DNA of 47,699 nucleotides, from contig NC_057752.1 in assembly GCF_004010195.1 (NCBI RefSeq), positions 8,374,567 to 8,422,265 on the forward strand. Direction: 5' to 3'. The position numbers and the translations under genes were made by a program. The stretch is from Chiloscyllium plagiosum. Taxonomy: Eukaryota. The notes under the pieces are model-generated. The model did no database searches, was not told the DNA's origin, and worked only from the letters and a program-made list of their open reading frames with translations. This document shows, piece by piece, positions 38,468 to 47,699 of the stretch (its first letter is position 1; every line of letters starts with the position of its first letter).

Positions 38468-39210
38468 GAGGTGATACACTTTGGAAGGAGTAACAGGAGT
38501 ACAGAGTACTGGGCTAATTGTAAGATTCTTAGTAGTGTGGATGAGCAGAGAGATCTCGGTGTCCGCGTGCATCAATCCCTGAAAGTTGCCACCCAGGTTG
38601 ATAAGGTTGTTAAGAAGGCATATGGTGTGTTAGCTTTTAGTGGTAGAGGGATTGGGTTTAAGAGCCATGAGGTCATATTGCAGCTGTACAAAACTCTGGT
38701 GTGGCCACACTTGGAGTATTGTGTATAGTTCTGGTTGCCGCATTATAAGAAGGACGTGGAAACATTGGAAAGGGTGCAGAGGAGATTTACCAGGATGTTG
38801 CCTGATATGGAGGGAAGGTCTTATGACTTGAGGCTGTTTTCATTGGAGAGGAGAAGGTTGAGAGGTGACTTGAGACATACAAGATAATCAGAGGGTTAGA
38901 TAGGGTGGACAGTGAGAGCCTTTTTCCTCAGATGGTGATGGCTAGCGTGAGGGGACATAGCTTTAAATTGAGGGGTGATAGATATAGGACAGATGTCAGA
39001 GGTAAGTTCTTTACTTAGAGAGTAGTAAGGGCGTGGAACGCACTGCCTGCAACAGTAGTACACTCACTAACTTTAAGGGCACTTGAATGGTCATTGGATA
39101 AACATATGGATAAAAATGGAATAGTGTAGGTTAGATGGGCTTCAGATTGGTTTCACGGGTCAGCACAACATTGAGGGCTGAAGGGCCTGTACTATGCTGT
39201 AATGTTCTGT
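38468..39210 (+). mobile_element. CR1 3' fragment
   Basis: IHFGRSN...QRDLGV...LYKTLVWPHLEYCV; tail gggctgaagggcctgtact. Confidence 0.92.
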
Positions 39211-39277
39211 GATATTTATTAAAGCAAACAAGTAACAGGTTATCTGGATTTGCATACAAAGCCAATATGAAAGATTT

Positions 39278-39992
39278 GGGCCCTCTTGTGGCAGGGTGGT
39301 AGTGTCCTTACCCCTGGACTGAGATGCCTGTGTTCATGTCCCACCTGCTCCAGAGGTGTGTCATAACATCTCTGAACAGATTGATTAGAAAATAAGTGAA
39401 AGAGAAAAGCAAATATGAATGGTCTGAGGGCCATCTTGTGATGCAGAGATAGTGTCCCTACACCTGAGCTCAGAACCTTGGCCCAAGTCCCACCTGCTCC
39501 AGAGGTGTTTAACAACATCTGTGAACAGGCTAACTTAGAAAAAAAGGTTAAATAATTTTTTAAAAATGTTTGAGGGCCTTCTTGTGGTGCAGTGGTAGTG
39601 TCCTTAGCATGGATAGGGAAGCCTAAGCTCAAGTCTCACCTGCTCTGGAGGTGTGTAATAACTTCTCTGAACAAGGTGATTAGAAAAATAGGTTAAATTT
39701 TAAAAAATGAAAGGTCTGAGGGCCCTCTTGTGGTGGTGGTAGTGTCCCTATTGCTGGATTGAGAGACCTGAGTTCAAATCTCACCTGCTCCAGGAGGTGT
39801 ATAATAACATCTCTGACCAGGACAAAAAGAGGAATCGAGGAAAACAAAACAACAGGTTTGGTGGTGGTGGTGGGGCAGGCTCTGTGGTGCTGTAGTGGTG
39901 TCTCTGTCCCTGGACCAAGAGACCTGAGTTCACATCCCACATGCTCCAGAGGTGTACAACAACATCACTGGACAGGTTGATTAGAAAAATAG
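39278..39992 (+). repeat. Tandem array of five ~146-155 bp tRNA-like units
   Basis: Units start near 39278, 39428, 39574, 39720 and 39875, each approximately gggccctcttgtggtgcagtggtagtgtccct...gttcaagtcccacctgctccagaggtgt..taacatctctgaacagg..gattagaaaa. Confidence 0.85.
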
Positions 39993-40014
39993 ATTAAATA
40001 AAATAATAATAATA

Positions 40015-40080
40015 TGAAAGGTTTGTGTTTGTAATGGTTAAATAAGTGATCTACTAACCATTACAAACATAAACCTTTCA
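40015..40080. repeat. 26-bp inverted repeat with 14-nt loop
   Basis: tgaaaggtttgtgtttgtaatggtta (40015-40040) pairs with taaccattacaaacataaacctttca (40055-40080), with one G-U pair. Confidence 0.9.
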
Positions 40081-40639
40081 CATTTTAGATTGGTTTACTG
40101 CAACAGAAATCAATTTGGCTGTACATCGTGTTTAGACAGAAATGTGCTTTATGCTGTATAACATGTTCCACACACATTAAACTATTCATATTGACATTCA
40201 TGTTTATTATACTATTTTCAGTGTTAGTTACATCAGCTTAACCAAACTTAAATTAAAATAGGTGACAGAAACTCACCATAACATTTCAATTCATTAAGCT
40301 CTATGATTCTGTCAGACCAAAGACACATACTAACATGAAGCTTCTACAAAAGAGATCACATTTCAATCCCAGTCAAGCTGTAGATACCAAAGCCAGTAGA
40401 AAAAGGTGAAACACATTTAATTTATTACGAAAGTAATAAGGAACTTTATGATTCAAACAGGAATTTTTAAAAAATAAAACTTATTTATAAATCTGGCCAT
40501 TTTGTTGACAGCTCTTGGGAGTAGGGTTTCCTCCCCAATTTAGGTAGAAGACATTCATCTTACACTGGAATTTTAATTTTGCATTATCATCTTCAAACGG
40601 TAGCATCTACTGATTTTTGGTTCACACTCGCATTCAATT

Positions 40640-41740
40640 GTTAATATCTCTGGCCTATCGAGTCTGCTCGACCATTCTCAGAAATCACGACTGATTTGAT
40701 TATCCTTAACTCCATTTTACTCCCTTTTCCTCATAACCCTTAATTCCCATGATGATTAAAAGTCTATCAATCCAAACCTTGAGATACTTAATGAGTCAGC
40801 CCTTAACAGCTGTCTCCGGTAAATAATTCCACAGATTCAGTACCCTCAGAGTAGAAATTCCTTCTCATCTGTGTTTTAAATGGGTGGCCCCTTACTAGGA
40901 GATTATATCCTCTGGTCTGAGACTCTCTCACAAGGGAAAAAAAACCCTTCTGTGTCTACCCTGGCAAGTTCTCCAAGAATCTTACGTGCTTCAATTAAGG
41001 TCACCTCTCATTCTTCTAAACTCCAATGATATAGACCCAAAATATTCAGCCTCTCCTCATAAGACAGTCTCTCCATGCCCAGAATCAATCTAGTGAACCA
41101 TCTCTTGACTGTCTCCAATTGCATTTTCTCCTTTCTTAGATAAGAGTCTAAAACTGTTTACAGTATGCTAGGTGTGGACTGACTAGTGCCTTATATATTT
41201 TTAGCAAAACTTTCCTACTTTTGTATTCCATTCTCTTTTGAAATAAAGATCAACAGTCCATTTGCCTTCTCTATTATCCACTGAACTTTTAGATAATTTT
41301 AATCAACCTGTTCAGATATGCTATGACAATTGTTTGAGCCACTGGAACTTGAAGCTCAACCTTCTGGCCAAGGACTGCATCACAAGACCCTCTCCTGCTA
41401 AACTTGTATGCTACCTTCTTGTGATTCATGCACAAGGACCCTCAAATCCCTTTGTGATACAGCTTTCTGCAGTTTTTCTCCATTTAAGTAATATTCTGCT
41501 CTTCTATTCTCTCTGACAAAGTACATCACCTCATATTTCCCACATTATATTCCACCTGCCAAGTTTTAGCCCACTCACTTAACCTGTCTATGTCCCCCCC
41601 CCCCGTAGACTCTTTGTGTCATCCTCTTCAATTACCTTTGCACCTTTTATCATATCATCTGCAAACTAGGTAATAGTACATTCACTCCTGTCATCCAAGT
41701 CATTAACATATATTGTAAATAATTGTGGTCAAGCACCGAT
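40640..41740 (-). mobile_element. Old CR1 3' fragment
   Basis: Colinear similarity with 20280-20650 and 22310-22880. Confidence 0.8.
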
Positions 41741-42344
41741 TAAAAATTCTGATCCATGTGTAATATTCATCAAATCAAAGAGTACAGCAATGGAAGGTAG
41801 CATTAAATTTAGTCAGCATGCTAATACTAAAGATTTGATAAATACTTATACTTTGATCAAACATATAAGAGCATGTTATTGAAAAAGGTGAGGTTCCTAA
41901 CTGTAAGGGAGTAAGACCTGTCTCCAGCAACTGCTGTGAAATCACTGAAGATGGTAATATAAGGCTCCCAAAGTGATCATAAATAATTGTAATTTACATC
42001 TCAGCTATGACTCAGCGGTAACACTCTCACTTCTGTCAGAAGATAATGGGTTCAAGTCTCACTTCAGAGAGGAGCTTAAAAGTCTAGGCTGGCATTTCAT
42101 TGTAGGAGAAAGGAAGCAAGTTGCATTTGTCGGAGGTGTTCGACTCTCAGCTAGGACAGTAAATCAAAGTCCTGGCTTGCTCTCTGATATGAATACAGTA
42201 GATCGGAACACACAATTTAAAAGAAGAGCAGAGTTCTCCTCCCTGGTGTCCCTGGCCAATATTAATATTTCAATAAACCTCACTAAAATAGAATATCTGG
42301 TAACTATCTTCTTTGTTGATTGTGGAGCCTTGTAGCATGCAAGG

Positions 42345-42730
42345 GGAGGCGGTGGTGTAGCAGTCTTGGACTTGTAATCCAGAACCCCAGATTAATGCTT
42401 TGGGGACATGAGTTCAAATTGCATAAGGCAGATGATGAAATCTGAATCCAGTAACAGTCTGGAATTGAAGGCGAGCCTAATGGTGACCACATAACCACTG
42501 CTGATTGTTACAAAACCCATCTGGTTTACCCAAGTCCTTTTGGGAAGGAAATCTGTCATTCCTTACCTGGTGTGGCCTACATATGACTTCAGACCACAGC
42601 AATGTGATTGACTCTAAAAACCACCCTCTGAAACAGCCCAGCAAGCCACTCAGTCATAGAGCAATTAGGGATGAGTAATAAGTGTTGGCGTAGACAGTGA
42701 TATCCACAACCCATGAACAAACAAAAAAAA
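42345..42730 (+). mobile_element. tRNA-headed SINE-like repeat; related fragments at about 30160-30300, with the 3' tail shared by 7520-7740 and 13735-13980 (-)
   Basis: ggtggtgtagc...ggacttgtaatccaga...gagttcaaat head; tail gcaattagggatgagtaataagtgttggc. Confidence 0.55.
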
Positions 42731-43240
42731 GCCGATAGTTGCACTTCCTCATAAGATTGTGGCTAATCTTTATAAATACTGCACTAGTTATAATAAAAAG
42801 AAGTGCTGTTCAAATTCTTCTTCATCAGGACTTGCAATGTTAACTCTGTTTCTCTCTCCACAGATGATGAAAGACCTGCTGAGTTTCTACAGCACTTTCT
42901 GTTTTTATTTCAGATTTCCAACATCCGTGGTATTTTGTTTTCATTTGTTATAAAATGCTTTGGCACAGTCTGCAGTAGTGAAAGGAGCAACACAGATGCA
43001 AATATATTTTTCTAAAAGTGAATTTAAAAATAGGCTTCACCAAAATAAAATACCACAAATGAGACAAATACCACAATGGCCAAATGGAATACTCTAAGTT
43101 TGGATGTGGAAGCTGAGAGTAAATGCCTGTAAATCAAGTCATTGGGCAAAATCTTCCATTTTCATTGGGTGTCTCAATAACTTTTTAGCAAGTGACTGTA
43201 ACTGTTGAAGGCAAGGCCTGCTGTATCTTTCTCCAATCAG

Positions 43241-43374
43241 GGTCTAGATTAGAGTGGTGCTGGAAAAGCACAGCAGGTCAGGCAGCAGCCGAGGAGCAGG
43301 AAAATCGACGTTTCGGGCAAAAGCCCTTCATCAGGAATAGAGGCAGGGTGCCTGCAGAGTGGAGAGATAAAAAG
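43241..43374 (-). mobile_element. 134-bp non-coding PLE family B derivative carrying a hammerhead motif (43303-43338)
   Basis: CUGAUGA-A-GGGC-UUUU-GCCC-GAAACGUC; 12-bp TSD ttctccaatcag at 43229-43240 and 43375-43386. Confidence 0.85.
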
Positions 43375-43799
43375 TTCTCCAATCAGTTTGCTTGGATGGT
43401 GGTAGCATTTGTCTGAAACCAAGTTCCTGGGGAGAGAGGACTCATCAACCAAGAGCTGCTGAGCAAACAGAAGGAAGCAGATCTCACACTTGGTAGCGCC
43501 ACTGAGGTGGCTTTCAGTGACCACACCTATGCCCGGTCCTTCAATTGTGCACAAATGAATGCAGATCAATCTCCCATCCCCGCTAATTAAGGACCTCAAG
43601 TGATGATGGAGTTGGCAAAAAGCGCTTGGGCCTTTGCACCAGAATTTAATGCACAGAATCACAGATTTGTTATGTTGCAGAAGGAGGTCATTCAGCCCAT
43701 CATGTTTGCATTAGCTGTCTGAGCATTTTAACTTAGTATCAATCTCTTATATTTTCCCCATAACCCTCATGGTCCTTCTTGAAATATAACACAGGAAGA

Positions 43800-45079
43800 A
43801 AACTGGTGACAAGTATAAAGTTTTGTGAGATCCACTGGAGCAATCCACAGATTTGTCAAAAAAAATCATGGTCCTAACTGCAGATCTTGGAGGCATTTTG
43901 ATAAAAAGAAGAAAGGAAATCAAAATATGCTATCACTGCACTTTGGCAGGTACCTGTCAATAGAAAAAGAATTCACCCAAGAAGAGTTGAACAGTTCAGA
44001 AGAAGGTCGCATGGGCTCCACCCTGAAGGAACACTGTAATGCATACCCTACAGGGAGGGAAACGTTTTGAGTTGGGGTGTTTATTTTAAATGTAAAGAAG
44101 TGAGACAGTGCTAAACTGTTTCATGGTACATCATGCTACACAGGCCCTTCCCACTTAAAAAACAAATGAAATAGCAAGAACCATATGGTGAAAATACAGA
44201 AAGCAGGAACTCCTACACAGAGAGTTTCTAATATTTTGTTTGAGCTAACAAAATTGAAGCAGATATACTAGCTTTCCTGAGTATTGTGAGGTGAGAAACT
44301 TTTAATTTCCTAAGGAGTCTGGTACAGCCAGAGAAACTGGGTTCCAACACTTACAATGAAATCATAGGAATCCTACAGAACCATTTTTCACCAAAACCAT
44401 CGGTGATTGCTGAAAAGGATCAGATTCCACAAACACAACCAGCATGATGGTGAATCTACCTCCCAGGCTAGTCACAATTTTAAAGAAGTTAGCAGAATTT
44501 CACAAATTGGAATACAAATGATGTTATCAAAGATAAACTGGTGTGTGGTTTAAGATGTGAAGCAATCCAGAAGACATTACTGACAGAAAAGGAACCTAGA
44601 CTTAAAGAAGGACTGGAAATGGCAGTCTCAATGGAACTAGTGGCCAATGAAGCTCAACAGCTAAGCTCAAGCATGAGAGTTCATAAAATAGCAGATGAGA
44701 TTCAAAACTGCCAATGGTGGGGAAAAACAAATCATGCGACAGCAAATTGCTGGTAGAAAGAAGCTGTATGTAGAAACTGCACCAAAAAAGGGCACATTGA
44801 ACAGATGTGTTTAAGGAAGAAACATGAGCAACTCATAGCAAAAATACAGAAACTGAAGAGCAGGAAGAAAATCTACACAGGACAAGAAGGGCATGAGAAA
44901 AGCCCAGAGTCTCAGTCCAAAGACGATCTGTTATTAAAGATATTATCCATCGTTGATGACACCAATTGATGCTGGATCACTCCCTTAATGAATGGCAAAC
45001 CAGTAAGAATGGAGTTGGCACATGAAGCAGCGGTTTCATTGATATCTGAAAGCGTGATCAGAAGCAACTATGTCACATT
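43800..45079 (+). mobile_element. Decayed Gypsy gag-protease, interrupted by a hAT transposon
   Basis: LQNHFSPKPSVIAE; CGLRCEAIQKTLLTE; zinc knuckles (CQWWGKTNHATANC, CRNCTKKGHIEQMC); protease-like NGKPVRMELAHEAAVSLISE; PBS-like actggtgac at about 43802. Confidence 0.85.
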
Positions 45080-46792
45080 CAGTGTTCCCTCTAATTTTCT
45101 GGGGCCCACTGGAACCTGGAGTAATCTGTGCAGGATATTGCATTCCATTGAGCAGAAGTCATATTGCAATTTTTTTTCAGTTTGTTTATTAAGTATTAAA
45201 AGTGTGCATTCATATTATTTTACAGTTACAGGTAATCTATCTGCATACAACAATTTTTTTTTTGCAGTGTTAACTATTAAAAGTGTGCAGTTATATTGTT
45301 TACAACTACGGGTATTCTACCTGCTAAAATAAACAAAACTGCTTCACTCAGAAGTCTGGGGATATGTTTACTGGTGTACAACACATACTACGTGACCAAA
45401 AGAAGACACTATTAATTTATTCACTCCTTTGTTGACAGCTTTTCACACCTATCTTTATTTACTGCGCAATGATTGTATACTATATTTAGGTTTATATTTT
45501 ATCCAGATCAAAAGTATGACTTAATTTGCATCAAGTTGTCTAAGTGGACCATTTCTACTCTCTTTCTGAATTTACACTTAATCAAGTTCATGAAGCTAAA
45601 TCCATGCATACAGTCAGCACTGGATGCTTGAAATGTTGCACAAATGTCCAGAAGAATAGACATTACTTGGGACTGATTGTCTTTCAAAACATATTCCACT
45701 AAATCATTTATCATCTAAATGGAAGCTATCTTGACTTTTTCCACAACCATAGATTGGAAATCAGTGTGTCATTGTGGCCAAACTTTTGTCATAATATGGT
45801 ATAAAATGAAATATTTTGATTACAGTTGCATAATACTGTCTTTTTAAAAATCATATTTGATTGTCCTGGCGAATGCAGCCTGATTAAATGCATTTCACTC
45901 ATGTAATTCCTCTTCTGGAAATCTGCTTTCCAGGTGGCTATATAGCAGTTGAATAAATCGAAGGATTAAAGCAGGGTTCACATCACTATAGAGAGCAGTG
46001 AGAACTTTCTTAACTTCCTCACTCCAATAAACGTGTTCAGTTTATTGATCTTGGCCTTTGCAAATTGCATAACTTCGATCATTGTCAAACAGATTCTCTG
46101 CAAGAATTTGCACAGTAATGCCAGTTCACCAAGGACACTATTCAGAGCTGGCAATGCAAGGTGATAATGTGGCATTATGAGCATTTTCAGGCAATACAGT
46201 ATTTGTTTATTGGATTGTTGCACTTAGTTCACTTGCCCTATGCAGTACTTGATCAAGACATTGTAGTTTCGCATCAATATGCACCCTGCAAGGTGTCTTG
46301 ACAATCACATCACTTCATTCACAGGTCAAAATGCGACTCTACATTACACTCAAACTTTGGAAAAATCTTCAAATTGCCTTTTCTTCACAATTGATCTGCT
46401 GAACATCGTATATACTGTTATTAGAAGCATTTCAATACCTTGCATAATTGACATCTGCATCTGAACATCATTTATTCCAAGCTCTTCTGTGATCAATGCA
46501 ATACTGTTGCAACAAACAATGTTCCAAGGTTGCAGCTACTCTAATTTTCTTTCCCAGCAAAACAGAAGGTCCTTTTGATGTAACCACCATCTTCTGTAAA
46601 TCAAGGTTACTGTTCACATAAAATTGTTTGATTATTGTCACAATGGAGAGAAACACTGTTGTCAGCAGTCAGTTTCAATGTTCCTGCAAAGACTGTCGTG
46701 TAAGCATGTTCAGAACCTGGTCAAAACTTGATGTACAAAATCAACATTTTTTGTACTGAAATGACTGTACTTTAATCCGACAATCAATGAAT
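45080..46792 (-). mobile_element. hAT-superfamily DNA transposon, 3' part with decayed transposase
   Basis: TIR-like start CAGTGTTCCCTCTAATTTT at 45080; hAT C-terminal dimerisation-like ILLDICATFQASSADCMHGFSFMNLIKCKFRKR...LDNLMQI. Confidence 0.8.
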
Positions 46793-47475
46793 GATGACAA
46801 GTGTGGAAGTACAGGTAAATCTCTGTCGGATGTGGAAGGATCCTTTGGGGCCTTGGATGGAAGTGAGGAGGGAGGTGTGGGCGCAGGTTTTGCACTTTGT
46901 GCGGTGGCAGGGGTAGGTGCAGGGAGTGGAGGGTGGGTTGGTGGGAGCGTGGACCTAACAAGGGAGTCGCAGAGGGAATGGTCTCTGTGGAAAGCAGATA
47001 GGGGCAGGGAGGGAAATATATTTGGGTGGGGTCTGTTTGTAGGTGGTGGAAATGGCGGGGGATGATGCGATGCATCTGGAGATTGGTGGGGTGGAAAGTG
47101 AGGACCAGGGCATTCTGTCGGTGTTGTGGTTGCAGGGGTGGGGTTTGAGGGTGGAGGACCGGGAAGTGGAAGAGATGTACTGGAGGACATTGTCGACCAC
47201 GTGGGAGGGGAAATTACGGTCCTTGAAGAAGGAGGCCATCTGGGATGTTCTATGGTGAAATTGGTCCTCCTGGGAGCAGATGCGGTGGAAGCAGAAGAAT
47301 TGGGAATAAAGGGATAGTGTTTTACAAGAGGCAGGGTGGGAGGAGGTGTACTACAGGTAGCTGTGGAAGTCGGTGGGTCTGTAGTAGATGTCCGTGTTGA
47401 GTCTGTTGCTGGAAATGGAGATGGAGAGGTCGAGGAAGGAGAGGGAAGATGTCTGGGATGGTCCAGGTGAACTTG
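46793..47475 (-). mobile_element. Degenerate PLE family B ORF fragment (RT thumb, linker, start of GIY-YIG region)
   Basis: Frameshifted translation LKFTWT...FLDLSISISSNRLNTDIYYRPTD...MASFFKDRNFPSHVVD...PLSAFHRDHSL...QGPKGSFHIRQRFTCTST. Confidence 0.85.
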
Positions 47476-47699
47476 AGGAGAAAGTGAGGACTGCAGATGC
47501 TGGAGATCAGAGCTGAAAATTGTTGCTGGAAAAGCGCAGCAGGTCAGGCAGCATCCAAGGAACAGGAGAATCGACGTTTCGGGCATAAGCCCTTCTTCAG
47601 GAATGAGGAAAATGTGTCCAGCAGGCTCAGATAAAAGGTAGGGAGGAGGGACTTGGGGGAGGGGCTTTGGAAATGCGATAGGTGGAGGGAGGTCAAGGT
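47475..47699 (-). mobile_element. PLE family B pseudo-LTR (3' end) with intact hammerhead motif at 47569-47604; continues beyond the window
   Basis: Highly similar to 16279-16500, with the same gaggagaaagtgagg terminus. Confidence 0.88.

Noticed and set aside
39278..39992. Possible CRISPR array or functional tRNA gene cluster
   Set aside because: Vertebrate context with no cas genes or repeat-spacer pattern; the units are too diverged and no full cloverleaf could be drawn.
40265..40350. Donor-like gtgagt at about 40276 as the missing upstream slc4a8 exon
   Set aside because: I could not obtain the expected ...REQRVTG...ILK peptide from this region; that exon is probably beyond the window.
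46741..47586. 281-aa Pro/Ser/Thr-rich ORF
   Set aside because: It is mostly an off-frame translation of C-rich PLE sequence joined to a pseudo-LTR.

Overview
Eukaryotic (vertebrate) genomic DNA, repeat-rich, with two assembly gaps (4563-5500, 16501-17070). The repeat content (HE1-type and Deu-type SINEs, CR1 LINEs, abundant Penelope-like elements) suggests a shark or other cartilaginous fish; this is an inference. The only host gene is the 3' part of an SLC4 sodium-driven bicarbonate transporter on the minus strand, best matching slc4a8 (NDCBE). Six exons (29383-29451, 28488-28661, 17657-17791, 9396-9493, 6550-6663, 3181-3224) join in frame with canonical GT-AG sites and end in ...TSKSSSIQK*. 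The introns are filled with nested CR1, Gypsy, hAT, Tigger-like, SINE and Penelope-like (PLE) insertions. The most striking non-annotated signal is a set of minimal type I hammerhead-ribozyme motifs (CUGANGA-stemII-GAAACGUC) carried by at least two PLE families, plus a degenerate third. They occur in inverted pseudo-LTR elements with 13-15 bp target-site duplications and in 134-200 bp non-coding TSD-flanked mini-elements. All five core-intact copies lie sense to the slc4a8 pre-mRNA, while both antisense copies of these two families carry the same G>A change. Other observations: a 17-codon intron read-through matching the length of the mammalian NDCBE-B tail, a NAGNAG stop-containing mini-exon, a tandem array of tRNA-like units ending in a 26-bp hairpin, and a 165-bp templated insertion. 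All coordinates and alignments were done by eye.
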